Shown piece after piece: positions 21,675-31,053 of a DNA stretch of 64,000 nucleotides. Source of the DNA: Candidatus Ratteibacteria bacterium (lineage in GTDB: Bacteria > Ratteibacteria > UBA8468 > B48-G9 > JAFGKM01); assembly GCA_046296715.1 (NCBI GenBank), contig JBKBIN010000006.1, positions 1 through 64,000 on the forward strand. Reading direction: 5' to 3'. The notes under the pieces were generated by a model that was not told the origin of the DNA, made no database searches, and saw nothing but the letters and a program-made list of their open reading frames with translations. How positions within the stretch are numbered: position 1 is the stretch's first letter; every line of letters starts with the position of its first letter. Both the position numbers and the translations under genes were made by a program.

Positions 21675-22144
21675 AAAAAGAAGATATTATAATCAGAAAA
21701 AGTAAATTAGAAGATGTGCCATTTATAAGAAAGATAGTGAATAAATTTGCAGAAGAAGGAAAAATGCTTCCTCTATCTATAAATCAGATTTATGAAAGAA
21801 TAAGAGATTTTTCAGTAATAGAAAAAAATGGAAAAGTTATTGGTTGTGGTGCTTTAAAAATTATTTGGAGAGATCTTGCAGAAATAAGATCTATTGCGAT
21901 AAAGAAGAAATATCAGAAAAAAGGATATGGGAAAAAAATAGTAGAAGAATTATTAAAAGAAGCAGAACAACTTGAAATTAAAAAAGTATTTGTCCTTACA
22001 AACAATCCTATTTTTTTTAGTAAATTGGGATTTGTAAAAATTTCAAAGCAAAAACTACCACATAAAATATGGGTTGATTGCATTAACTGTCCTAAATTTC
22101 CAAAATGTGATGAAATTCCTATGATGAAAGTCATTAAAAAATGA
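21671..22144 (+). CDS. GNAT N-acetyltransferase (short ArgA/N-acetylglutamate synthase-like)
   Basis: LAEIRSIA, QKKGYG AcCoA loop, PHKIWVDCINCPKFPKCDE C-terminal signature. Confidence 0.8.
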   Translation: MKKEDIIIRKSKLEDVPFIRKIVNKFAEEGKMLPLSINQIYERIRDFSVIEKNGKVIGCGALKIIWRDLAEIRSIAIKKKYQKKGYGKKIVEELLKEAEQLEIKKVFVLTNNPIFFSKLGFVKISKQKLPHKIWVDCINCPKFPKCDEIPMMKVIKK

Positions 22145-23247
22145 GAAAAATCTTTTTTATAATTTTAATTTTTTCCAATATTTGTTTTTCAAAAGTTTTC
22201 ATGAAAGATGAAATAAAACTCAATGGTTCTGAAGAAGAGGTTTTTGTAATAGGTGAGAATATTTATTTATCTGGTATATTTAAAAGTGAATTTATTGGGA
22301 TTGGAAAAGAGATAAATGGAAATCTAAAGATAAATGGAGATTTTATTTCTGCTGCTCTAAATCAAAAAATAACCCTTTTTACTGATAACGATTTTTATTC
22401 TGTCAGTAATAAAATAAATTTTAATGGTAAAACAGGAGGAAGTTTCACTTGTATAACAAGAAACTTAACTTTAGAAAATTCAGAAATTGGAGGGAATTTA
22501 AGAATAATTGGAAATAATGTTATTCTCAAAAATATAAAGATAAAACAGAAAAGTTATATTTATGGAGAAAAAATAAAACTTTCGGGTATTTTTTCGGATT
22601 TAAACCTTCATGGTAAAGAGATAGAAATTGAAAAGGGAACAAAAATTATGGGAGATTTAGTATATTACTCTCCTGAAAAAATTTTTTTACCTGATGTAGA
22701 AATAAAGGGAAAGATTGAGTGGAAAAAACCTTATGGTGAGAAAGTAAAGGAGAGAACAACAATTTTAAAAAAATTGAAATTTTTATATTCCTTTTTTTCT
22801 TTGTTTTTTACATATTTTTTTCTTCTGTTTATTACCCCAAATTTACTTCAATCTACAACATTATCTTCTGGAAGAAATTTTGTGAAATCCTTTTTTTTAG
22901 GCATTTTCTCCATTATTACTTTAAGTTTTTTTATTTTGATTTTTTTGATTACTATAGTAGGAGTTCCAACTGGTTTAATATTGGTTACTGTTTTTGCCTC
23001 TCTTTTATATCTTTCAAGAGGATTTATCTTTATCTACCTTGCAAGAAATATTTTTTATAAATTTAATGATAGTAAAACTATCTGGGTTCTATCAATTTTT
23101 ATTGGAATTTTAATTTTTAACTTGATCTCTTTAAATTCAACACTTAAATTTCTTAGTAACCTAATTGCAACTCCAACAGGATTTGGAGCTTTATTGGCAG
23201 ATAGAGTAAAATTATTTAAAAAACTTAGAGAGGAAAAAATTATTTAA
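22141..23247 (+). CDS. Membrane protein with N-terminal beta-helix-like (bactofilin-like) repeats and C-terminal TM helices
   Basis: Signal-like N-terminus, repeated G-x-hydrophobic strands, several TM segments including LITIVGVPTG. Confidence 0.6.
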   Translation: MRKIFFIILIFSNICFSKVFMKDEIKLNGSEEEVFVIGENIYLSGIFKSEFIGIGKEINGNLKINGDFISAALNQKITLFTDNDFYSVSNKINFNGKTGGSFTCITRNLTLENSEIGGNLRIIGNNVILKNIKIKQKSYIYGEKIKLSGIFSDLNLHGKEIEIEKGTKIMGDLVYYSPEKIFLPDVEIKGKIEWKKPYGEKVKERTTILKKLKFLYSFFSLFFTYFFLLFITPNLLQSTTLSSGRNFVKSFFLGIFSIITLSFFILIFLITIVGVPTGLILVTVFASLLYLSRGFIFIYLARNIFYKFNDSKTIWVLSIFIGILIFNLISLNSTLKFLSNLIATPTGFGALLADRVKLFKKLREEKII

Positions 23248-23264
23248 GTGGGGCCTGGTTAAAA

Positions 23265-24344
23265 ATGGAATACAGACAACTTGGAAAAAGCGGATTGCGT
23301 GTTTCAAAATTATGTATCGGAACTATGGTAGGATTTACATTTCAAAATTATGATGAAGCAAAAAAGATAATAGAAGTTGGAATTGATAATGGAATTAATT
23401 TTATTGATACCGCAGATTGTTATGGTGAAAGCGAGGCAGTTATTGGAAAAATTTTAAAAGAGACAGGTAAAAGAAACAAAGTAATTCTTGCAACAAAATT
23501 TGGATGGTATATGGGCGAAGGACCAAATGATTATGGAGCAAGTATTAAACATATTATAGATTCTTGTGAAGCAAGTCTAAAAAGATTACAAACTGATTAT
23601 ATAGATCTTTATATAATCCATGTAGTTGACCCAAATACACCTATGGAAGAAACATTATATGCTCTTGATAAACTTGTAAGGGATGGCAAAGTGAGATATA
23701 TAGGAACATCTAAACATCCAACATATTTAATTTTAGAAGGGATTTTTATAAGCGAAAAATATGGGTGGACAAGATTTGTAAGTGAACAATCACCCTATAA
23801 CATTCTTGATAGGAGTATCGAAAACGAACTAATACCTATGGCAATAAGATATGGGATTGGAATAACTCCTTTTTACCCTCTTGCAAGTGGTTTTTTATCA
23901 GGGAAATATAGAAAGGGAATAGAAATAAGAGAAGGAAGATTAAAAAAGAGAATTGAAAAAAGGGATGAAATAATAGAAAAATCATTGGATGTTATTGAAA
24001 AATTAATACCACTTGCAGAAAATAGAGGAATATCTCTTGCTGAATTTTCACTTGCCTTTCTTATGCATATGCCAGGAGTAAGTTCTGTAATTTATGGAGC
24101 AAGAACTTTAAATTATTTACTTTCTGGACTTTTGGCATGTGATGTAAAACTTACTGATGAAGAGTTAAAAAAAGTTGACGAAATCGTGCCTCCTGGAACT
24201 TACGTTTATCCCTTTTATGAGAAGAATATATGGGCAGCAAGTAGAATGTTTTATTCTTCAAAGGCAAGAGAGATTGAAGGAATTGGTGCATATATTCCTG
24301 ACAATAAAACAGGCTCTGATAAATATTCTCCTTTTACAAAATAA
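23265..24344 (+). CDS. Aldo/keto reductase
   Basis: LGKSGLRVSKLCIGT, FIDTADCY, ATKFG, SLKRLQTDYIDLY and GKVRYIG motifs. Confidence 0.93.
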   Translation: MEYRQLGKSGLRVSKLCIGTMVGFTFQNYDEAKKIIEVGIDNGINFIDTADCYGESEAVIGKILKETGKRNKVILATKFGWYMGEGPNDYGASIKHIIDSCEASLKRLQTDYIDLYIIHVVDPNTPMEETLYALDKLVRDGKVRYIGTSKHPTYLILEGIFISEKYGWTRFVSEQSPYNILDRSIENELIPMAIRYGIGITPFYPLASGFLSGKYRKGIEIREGRLKKRIEKRDEIIEKSLDVIEKLIPLAENRGISLAEFSLAFLMHMPGVSSVIYGARTLNYLLSGLLACDVKLTDEELKKVDEIVPPGTYVYPFYEKNIWAASRMFYSSKAREIEGIGAYIPDNKTGSDKYSPFTK

Positions 24345-24899
24345 TTATTTAGAAAATTTATTATAAATCTCCTCCACAAATTCAACAATTTTATCTATTT
24401 CAGCAAGTCGTCCTACTCCAATTCTACCATTGGCAAGTTCACCCTTTTCAGGTTCAATAAAATAATACCCATATTTTTTTAACTTCTTTACATTTTCTTT
24501 TACTATTTTATTTAACCACATCTTTTCATTCATTGCAGGAGCAAAAATCACAGGTCCATCGAATGCAAAAATGGTTGTAGTTAAAAGATCATCACATATT
24601 CCAGATGCAATCTTACCAATTATGTTTGCTGTTGCAGGACAGATTAAAATTATTGAAGCAAAGTCAGAGAGAGAAATATGGTCCTCTTTATAATTTCTTA
24701 TAAACATCTCTGAATAAACTGGATTTCTTGATAATGTTTCAAACGTTAAGGGACTTACAAATTCTTTTGCATTTTCTGTCATAATAACTTTAACATTCCA
24801 ATTTCTTTTTTTCAAACTTCTGATAATTTCACAACTTTTATAAACCGCAATAGAACCTGTAACCCCAACAATTATATTTTTTTTATTTTTTCCTTCCAT
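24345..24899 (-). CDS. coaC: Stand-alone phosphopantothenoylcysteine decarboxylase-like flavoprotein (CoaBC N-terminal half)
   Basis: GVTGSIAVYK, HISL, PATANIIGK, DDLLTT and APAMN HFCD motifs. Confidence 0.82.
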   Translation of the reverse strand: MEGKNKKNIIVGVTGSIAVYKSCEIIRSLKKRNWNVKVIMTENAKEFVSPLTFETLSRNPVYSEMFIRNYKEDHISLSDFASIILICPATANIIGKIASGICDDLLTTTIFAFDGPVIFAPAMNEKMWLNKIVKENVKKLKKYGYYFIEPEKGELANGRIGVGRLAEIDKIVEFVEEIYNKFSK

Positions 24900-24905
24900 A
24901 GAAAT

Positions 24906-24914
24906 ATTATATCA
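24906..24914 (-). promoter_or_regulatory. Extended -10 promoter directly upstream of the coaC start (leaderless)
   Basis: TGaTATAAT followed after 6 nt by ATG 24899; no SD. Confidence 0.6.
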
Positions 24915-24979
24915 ATTATTTGAAAAAAAATAAAAATTGTATTAAAATTATCTTGTTTTTTTTTAAAACTTTTAAAACT

Positions 24980-25738
24980 ATGGAACAATATAAACTTAGA
25001 TTAAAAGGAGAAATTATAGAAAACTATAAAATAGAAGGAATTATTTGGCAGGGAGGGACTTCTACTATTTATAAAGGAATACCACAAAATGCAGATATAC
25101 AAAAACCCATTGCCATAAAAATCCTTAATCCATATAGGAATCTAAAACATCAGATAAATGCATTTAAAAAAGAATATAAAATACTAAAAAGTCTTTCTCA
25201 TCCAGATATAATAAAAGTTTACAAATTTGGTAAAATTGAGCAACTTTATTATATGATTATGGAATACATAGATGGTAATAATTTGAGAACCATTCTAAAT
25301 AAAAACTCAGAGATTCCCTATTTTACAATTCTAAGGATTTTGATAAGAATTGGAGAAGCAATTGAGTACATACATTTAAAAAAAATTGTCCATAATGATA
25401 TAAAACCTGAAAATATTCTAATAAGTAAAGATTTTCTAAATTTAAAACTTATTGATTTTGGATTTGCTCAAAAGATAAGATTTTTTAAAAGAACCACATA
25501 TATAGGAGGAACTGATAAATATCTTGCACCTGAAAGAAAAAAAGGAATTAGCGATTTTAAAAGCGATATATATTCGTACGGTATAATGATTGAAGAATTA
25601 CTATCAAATTATGAAATATTTGAAAAAATTTATCCTATCATAAATTTAGCAAAATCAGAAAATCCTGAAAAAAGACCACCTTTAAAAGAAATTATTAAAA
25701 ACTTAAAGGAATTATATGAAAATTGGAATAATCAGTGA
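24980..25738 (+). CDS. Soluble Hanks-type Ser/Thr protein kinase
   Basis: AIK, HPDIIKV, MEYIDG, HNDIKPEN, DFG, YLAPE and SDIYSYG motifs; start at ATG 24980. Confidence 0.92.
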   Translation: MEQYKLRLKGEIIENYKIEGIIWQGGTSTIYKGIPQNADIQKPIAIKILNPYRNLKHQINAFKKEYKILKSLSHPDIIKVYKFGKIEQLYYMIMEYIDGNNLRTILNKNSEIPYFTILRILIRIGEAIEYIHLKKIVHNDIKPENILISKDFLNLKLIDFGFAQKIRFFKRTTYIGGTDKYLAPERKKGISDFKSDIYSYGIMIEELLSNYEIFEKIYPIINLAKSENPEKRPPLKEIIKNLKELYENWNNQ

Positions 25739-26450
25739 TATTCATTCAAATTTTGAAAGTTTTCAATCCGCTATCAGATATTATGAAAAAAACAAAATTG
25801 ATAAACTTTTAATCTGTGGTGATATTGTTGGCTATGGTCCTGATCCGAAAGAATGTATAAATTTGGCAGAAAAAAACGCTGATGTAATATTGAAAGGAAA
25901 CCATGAAGATGGAATTTTAAAGAGTGATTTTTTAAGATTCAAAAAATATGCCAAAATTACACTTGAGTGGACAGTAAAAGAAATAAAAGAAAAAATTGAA
26001 AAAATAAAAAAATGGGAAGATAAAAAGGAAATTGAAGATTTATTTTTTGTTCATGGTTCTATAACAGATCCCTATTATAAATACATTTTTAATATAATTG
26101 ACACAGAAGATGAATTCAAAAATCTTGAAAAAAGAATATGCTTTGTCGGACATACACATATACCAGTTATATTTAGAAAAAATATTGAAACAGAAAAAAT
26201 AGAAAAAATTCCAGCAGATTTTTCAGGAAAAATGGAAATAGAAATAAAAGAAAATTTCAAGTATATAATAAATGTAGGAAGCGTTGGATTGCCAAGAGAT
26301 GGTTTACCTTTTTCATGTGTTTCAATTTATGATACAAGTAAAAAAATTTTCAAACTTGAAAGAATTGAATATGAAATTGAAAAAACAATAAAGAAGATTT
26401 TGGAAAAAGGGCTACCTTCAAAAATTTGTAGTTTTTTAAAAGGTTTCTGA
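25716..26450 (+). CDS. Calcineurin-like metallophosphoesterase
   Basis: SDIHSN, GDIVGYG, GNHE, HGS, GHTH and NVGSVGLPRDG motifs. Confidence 0.92.
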   Translation: MKIGIISDIHSNFESFQSAIRYYEKNKIDKLLICGDIVGYGPDPKECINLAEKNADVILKGNHEDGILKSDFLRFKKYAKITLEWTVKEIKEKIEKIKKWEDKKEIEDLFFVHGSITDPYYKYIFNIIDTEDEFKNLEKRICFVGHTHIPVIFRKNIETEKIEKIPADFSGKMEIEIKENFKYIINVGSVGLPRDGLPFSCVSIYDTSKKIFKLERIEYEIEKTIKKILEKGLPSKICSFLKGF

Positions 26451-26888
26451 CTTTGGATTTAGTTGTTTTATTTTTGATATAATATTTTCAAATTGAACTA
26501 TATTTTCAACAAGAACAACATTTTCCCATCCTTTTTCTTTTTTTTCTCTTAGTATTTCCTCAATTGATTTGCCTGTAATTTGATTTATTGCCCATGCAAT
26601 GGAAATATCAAAAAATGAAAAATCTTCTCTTAATTTTTTAAATTGGTTTTCAGTAATTTTCCCTGTTTTGCATACTTTTTTCATTATTTTTTCTGCATAA
26701 AAAGGAGAATTTGCTCTTTTTTCTATTTCAATTGCTTCGCTAAATAAACTAACTAAATTTTCTTTTTCTTCCTTTATAGTTTCTTCCAAAATTTGAACTG
26801 ACTTTTTAATCTCATCATAAGTTGCCTTTTTTACCTCTGCATATATAAGTAAAGGAAAACTCACAACAATTAAAAATAACTTTTTCAT
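26436..26888 (-). CDS. Hypothetical exported helical protein
   Basis: SD AAGGAGG; signal peptide MKKLFLIVVSFPLLIYA. Confidence 0.7.
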   Translation of the reverse strand: MKKLFLIVVSFPLLIYAEVKKATYDEIKKSVQILEETIKEEKENLVSLFSEAIEIEKRANSPFYAEKIMKKVCKTGKITENQFKKLREDFSFFDISIAWAINQITGKSIEEILREKKEKGWENVVLVENIVQFENIISKIKQLNPKSETF

Positions 26889-26911
26889 AAAAACCTCCTT
26901 CTTTCCTAATA

Positions 26912-27382
26912 TTATTTTACCTGAAATTCAAATTTTTTACATTTTATCTCATAAATCCTATTATATGGCGGACTACTATATTTTGAACTCATATAATAAG
27001 ATTCCAACGCCTTTTCTTTTTCTCCAAATGCTTCCCACATAATTCCTTCTTCAAAATAAATTTTCCAGTTTGTTGGATTATTTTTTTCTCCTTTTCTATA
27101 TGTCTCAACTGCTTGTTTTAATTTTTCATCGTATGGAAGATTTTTTTCAACAAGATATTTTGCTTGTGACCATTGTAACCATGCTTTAAGTATATAAGAT
27201 TCTGGGTCTTTTGGTTTAATATACGAAATAAAGGATAGATATTCAATTGCTCTATCATAATTTCCACAGTGAAATGCCTGGTCAACTTTAATCCAGATAT
27301 AAGGGATAATTAGATGAAAAAAAACAAAACATAGAAAAGGAGGTATCAAAAATATTGAAACTATTAAAATTTTCTTTTTCAT
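26912..27382 (-). CDS. Membrane-anchored tetratricopeptide-repeat-like protein
   Basis: Start MKKKILIV at 27382; N-terminal TM; GNYDRAIEYL and GEKEKALESY TPR-like helices. Confidence 0.7.
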   Translation of the reverse strand: MKKKILIVSIFLIPPFLCFVFFHLIIPYIWIKVDQAFHCGNYDRAIEYLSFISYIKPKDPESYILKAWLQWSQAKYLVEKNLPYDEKLKQAVETYRKGEKNNPTNWKIYFEEGIMWEAFGEKEKALESYYMSSKYSSPPYNRIYEIKCKKFEFQVK

Positions 27383-27390
27383 TTTACCTT

Positions 27391-27464
27391 TGCGCTTGCC
27401 GGGAATTGAACCCGGATTCTCTGGCTCCGGAGGCCAGCGCTTTATCCAATTAAGCCACAAGCGC
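27391..27464 (-). tRNA. tRNA-Arg (anticodon CCG), CCA not encoded
   Basis: Reverse complement GCGCTTG TGGCTTAATTGGATAAAGC G CTGGC CT CCG GA GCCAG AGAAT CCGGG TTCAATT CCCGG CAAGCGC A forms a cloverleaf. Confidence 0.96.
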
Positions 27465-27474
27465 TCTTATAAAA

Positions 27475-27503
27475 ATTTTATAACTCTCTTTCAAATTTTT
27501 CAA
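27475..27503 (-). promoter_or_regulatory. Putative sigma70 promoter for tRNA-Arg
   Basis: TTGAAA(27503-27498)-17bp-TAAAAT(27480-27475). Confidence 0.6.
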
Positions 27504-27505
27504 GA

Positions 27506-28126
27506 TTATCTTTTTGCCTTTTTAGTCTCGTCTTTTATAAATGATATTCTTCTACATTTTGGACATACAATTTTTAGAATATCTTGTCTATTTATTGGTG
27601 GGATAAATTTTTCCTCATATTCACTTGGTATCTTTAAATCCTTTATCAATTGAGTGATCAAAATTGGCTGACTAAATGCAAGATTTCCAAGTTTATTATA
27701 TATAAATCTTATATGTTTTTCAGTTCCGATAATTTCTCCACAAACAATACAAGTAATTAAACTATGTTCAACTTTACTTTGAATAGGATTTTGTCCTTTT
27801 AAATATGCAACATCAAATTGATTTGTTAGTTTTATTCCTTCTTTTGTTATACAGTTTCTTTCACATTCTCCACAAAAAATACATTTATCAGGATTATGGA
27901 CTAAAATTCTTTTTTTATTTTCTATATCATCAATCATATCTATTGCTTTTGAAGGACAAACTTGAAAACAACCACCACATCCAACACATTTTTCTTCATT
28001 AAATTCAGGTTTGCCTCTAAATCTTGGAAATGGCTTATGTTCTTGATAAGGAAATTTTGTAGTATATGGTTTTGAAAATAAACTTGTTATTGCTTCTTTC
28101 AATTCTCTTATCTTTGGCTTTTTCAT
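27506..28126 (-). CDS. NuoI/MbhN-like 2x[4Fe-4S] subunit of the hydrogenase complex
   Basis: PYTTKFP..FRGKP, CVGCGGCFQVCP and CIFCGECERNC; extra CxxC pairs in the C-terminal half. Confidence 0.9.
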   Translation of the reverse strand: MKKPKIRELKEAITSLFSKPYTTKFPYQEHKPFPRFRGKPEFNEEKCVGCGGCFQVCPSKAIDMIDDIENKKRILVHNPDKCIFCGECERNCITKEGIKLTNQFDVAYLKGQNPIQSKVEHSLITCIVCGEIIGTEKHIRFIYNKLGNLAFSQPILITQLIKDLKIPSEYEEKFIPPINRQDILKIVCPKCRRISFIKDETKKAKR

Positions 28127-28446
28127 TTTTGTTCTTCCTCCATTTTATTCACAACACTCTTTTCCCATAATTTTATCCCACATTTCACACTTGCTCTTGA
28201 TAATGCATGTGCAGCGGTTGGAGATGATATTAAAATAAAGATTATAGTTAAAAATGCCTTAAAAGAAATATTAACAGGACCTGATATTAAAATGCCAAAG
28301 AGAACGCAACAGGTTCCCAATGTCACGCATTTTGTTGATGCTTGTAATCTATTATAAACATCAGGAAGCCGAACAAGTCCAATACATCCAAAAAGATTAA
28401 AAAAAACTCCAACAACCATAAAAATCATACTTAATATTTCTCTCAT
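28123..28446 (-). CDS. mnhG: Mrp/Mnh antiporter subunit G
   Basis: GLVRLPDVYNRLQASTK..TLG and SPTAAHAL motifs. Confidence 0.92.
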   Translation of the reverse strand: MREILSMIFMVVGVFFNLFGCIGLVRLPDVYNRLQASTKCVTLGTCCVLFGILISGPVNISFKAFLTIIFILISSPTAAHALSRASVKCGIKLWEKSVVNKMEEEQK

Positions 28447-28454
28447 TTTTTACC

Positions 28455-28712
28455 TCACTCATCAAAACCTTTACCTTCAAGAAATTTACTTACCGCCAAT
28501 GTTCCTATAAAACTTAGTAATGCCCATGATAATGCAATATTCATATAAAAATCAACTTTTGTCATATATGTAACAATTGCACAAAAATTAACAACAATTA
28601 TACCAAGTATATCAATCCCAACAACTCTGTCTGCAGGGCTTGGTCCTCTTGAAATTCTGTAAAGACATAAAAAACAGCAAAATAAAAATAATGTAAATAA
28701 AAATGTTATCAT
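28455..28712 (-). CDS. mnhF: Mrp/Mnh antiporter subunit F
   Basis: RISRGPSPADRVVGID and LSFIGTLAVSKFL motifs. Confidence 0.92.
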   Translation of the reverse strand: MITFLFTLFLFCCFLCLYRISRGPSPADRVVGIDILGIIVVNFCAIVTYMTKVDFYMNIALSWALLSFIGTLAVSKFLEGKGFDE

Positions 28713-29212
28713 TCAAATATCCTTTCTAAAATTTTTTCAAATCTTCTAACTATCAATTCTGTTGCTTTTTCAATATCATCTGTTTTTACATTTATCCAGT
28801 GAATATATAGATAACCATTCGGATCTATTTCAACGCTCATTGTACCAGGAGTTAAAGTTATTGAATTTGCAAGAACTGTTAGACCACTTTTACTTCTTAA
28901 TTTTGTTTTAACTTTAACAATACCAGGTCTTATAGGCAAGTTTGGATGTAAAACTCTATAAGCAACATCAAAATTTGCAACAATACACCAGAAAATTAAA
29001 ACAGGTATATAAACAATTGCCCAAAAATATCTTTTTATTCCAAAAAATTTATGAGGACTTTCTGTAAAACCCTCTCCAAAAATAAATCCACTAATTATAG
29101 AAATAACCAAACCAACAATTAAAACTTGCAAGTCAATTCCATATTTTTTAATTGGGGTTGTTAATAATATCCAGCAAATAAAAAGTAAAATTATTAAAAT
29201 TCCTTTTTTCAT
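28709..29212 (-). CDS. mnhE: Mrp/Mnh antiporter subunit E
   Basis: ANFDVAYRV, PGIV, LANSITLTPGT and LYIHWI motifs. Confidence 0.93.
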   Translation of the reverse strand: MKKGILIILLFICWILLTTPIKKYGIDLQVLIVGLVISIISGFIFGEGFTESPHKFFGIKRYFWAIVYIPVLIFWCIVANFDVAYRVLHPNLPIRPGIVKVKTKLRSKSGLTVLANSITLTPGTMSVEIDPNGYLYIHWINVKTDDIEKATELIVRRFEKILERIFE

Positions 29213-29214
29213 TT

Positions 29215-30702
29215 TTAACTCCCAAAAACTTTATCTATATATTTTAAAACACCTCCATTCAAAACATCAATAGTTGGAGCAAAAATTCCTTCTGTTCCTC
29301 CAATTATAAGAAGTCCTGTAAATAAACATAATAATGAAAGAATTATTAAAGGCACAATCATTGTATCAGGAACTTCTTTTAATTTTTCCCATTTTTCTTT
29401 TTCAAATTTATCTCCTTTACCAAATAATGAGTATCTACAAACTTTTGTGAAAGAAGATAAAGTTAAAATACTACCAATAACAGCCCATAGACCTATAATT
29501 GGTCTACCACTTTTAATTGAAGCAAGAATTATTATAAGTTTGCTCCAAAAACCATTAAATGGTGGAATACCTGAGATAGAAAGAGATGCAAAAAGTGTTG
29601 AGAAAGAAGTAACAGGCATCTTTTTATAAAGAAATCCCATTTTATTTAAATCTCTTGTTCCTGTTTGATATTCTATACTTCCAGAATCAAGGAATAAAAG
29701 TGACTTAAATAAAGAATGATTGAATAGATGGAATAATCCTCCAAGCAAACCAAGAGGTGTTCCAAGACCAATCCCAACAAAAACATAACCAATCTGACTT
29801 ATTGAATGATATGCCAAAAGTCTTTTTAAATCCGATTGTAATAAAGCAAGACATACACCAACAATCATTGAAATTACACCAAGATATATCAATGTTTGAC
29901 TTATTAAAGGATTAAAACCAAATAAATTAAATACAAGCCGACAAATAACATAAACACCAAGTGCTTTTATAACTACACCTGAAAGCATAGCACTTATTGG
30001 AGCAGGAGCAGAAGGATGGGCATCTGGAAGCCATGCATGGAAAGGAACAAGTGCTGATTTTACCATAAAACCACCAATTAACAGAACAAAAGCAAAATTT
30101 ATCAAATTATCAGGTGGTATTTCTTTTAAAATCCTTGCAACATCAGCAATATTTAATGAACCTGTTTTCCCGTATAAAAGAGCAACTCCATATAAAACAA
30201 ATAAACTTGCAACATTTCCCATTACAAGATATTTGAAACTTGCTTCAAGTTCACTCGCTTCACATCCAAAACCTACAAGTGCATAAGAAGCAATAGAAGC
30301 AATCTCCATGAAAACAAACAAATTAAATAGATCTCCTGAAAGAACAGTCCCATTCATTCCACCAACCATTAAAAGAAAAAGTGAATAATATCTAAGTTTT
30401 GATGTAAATCTCTTTTCTATATATTCTATTGAAAATAATGTTGCCATAAAAGAAATCAGGTTTATTATTATAAGAAGCAGACAAGAAAGCCCATCAAGAA
30501 CAAGAACAATTCCAAAAGGTGCTTTCCATCCACCAATATGATAAACATATTCTTGATTAAGTGTCATTAAAGATAAAAGGAGTAAAATGAAAGTTGTTAA
30601 ATTACCTAAAATATCAGGAACCCATTTAAATTTTCTTGAAACCATAGGTATAAAGAATGCAACTGCAAATGGTATAATAATGAATAAAGGTAAATTAATC
30701 AT
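29215..30702 (-). CDS. mnhD: Mrp/Mnh antiporter subunit D (MbhH/NuoM/N-like)
   Basis: GGWKAPFGI, DLFNLFVFMEI, KSALVPFHAWLPDAH, KRLLAYHS and GIPPFNGFWSK motifs. Confidence 0.92.
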   Translation of the reverse strand: MINLPLFIIIPFAVAFFIPMVSRKFKWVPDILGNLTTFILLLLSLMTLNQEYVYHIGGWKAPFGIVLVLDGLSCLLLIIINLISFMATLFSIEYIEKRFTSKLRYYSLFLLMVGGMNGTVLSGDLFNLFVFMEIASIASYALVGFGCEASELEASFKYLVMGNVASLFVLYGVALLYGKTGSLNIADVARILKEIPPDNLINFAFVLLIGGFMVKSALVPFHAWLPDAHPSAPAPISAMLSGVVIKALGVYVICRLVFNLFGFNPLISQTLIYLGVISMIVGVCLALLQSDLKRLLAYHSISQIGYVFVGIGLGTPLGLLGGLFHLFNHSLFKSLLFLDSGSIEYQTGTRDLNKMGFLYKKMPVTSFSTLFASLSISGIPPFNGFWSKLIIILASIKSGRPIIGLWAVIGSILTLSSFTKVCRYSLFGKGDKFEKEKWEKLKEVPDTMIVPLIILSLLCLFTGLLIIGGTEGIFAPTIDVLNGGVLKYIDKVFGS

Positions 30703-30705
30703 TTT

Positions 30706-31053
30706 TCATCCTTTCAATTTTTTCATTTCTGTTATATCAAAAGTTCCATATCTTTGATATAATCTAATAGCAACTGTTACCATTAATGCAAGAACTCCAA
30801 GACCAATAACTATACTTGTCAAAACCATTGCTTGAGGTAATGGATCAACTGCTTTCTGTGCAAATTCAACTATATCATCTTCTTTTTGAACAATTGGTGC
30901 AATACCATTTTTTCTATATCCAAGAAGAATCAAAAATAAGTTTACAGAATACTCCATAATCCATAGTCCAAGTACTATCTTAACTACATTCTTTTTACAA
31001 CAGACACCGTAAAGACCTATCAAAAATAAGACAAAACATAAATAGTAAATCAT
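30706..31053 (-). CDS. mnhC: Mrp/Mnh antiporter subunit C (NuoK-like)
   Basis: DPLPQAMVLTSIVIG motif. Confidence 0.92.
   Translation of the reverse strand: MIYYLCFVLFLIGLYGVCCKKNVVKIVLGLWIMEYSVNLFLILLGYRKNGIAPIVQKEDDIVEFAQKAVDPLPQAMVLTSIVIGLGVLALMVTVAIRLYQRYGTFDITEMKKLKG

Noticed and set aside
27383..27460. ORF-track N-terminal extension (MWLNWIKRWPPEPENPGSIPG) of the 26912 gene, and ORF 27390-27653 on plus
   Set aside because: These are translations of the tRNA-Arg gene; the real start is 27382
18361..27464. tRNA genes as integration sites of a genomic island
   Set aside because: No integrase and no duplicated tRNA 3' end seen; the genes between are housekeeping
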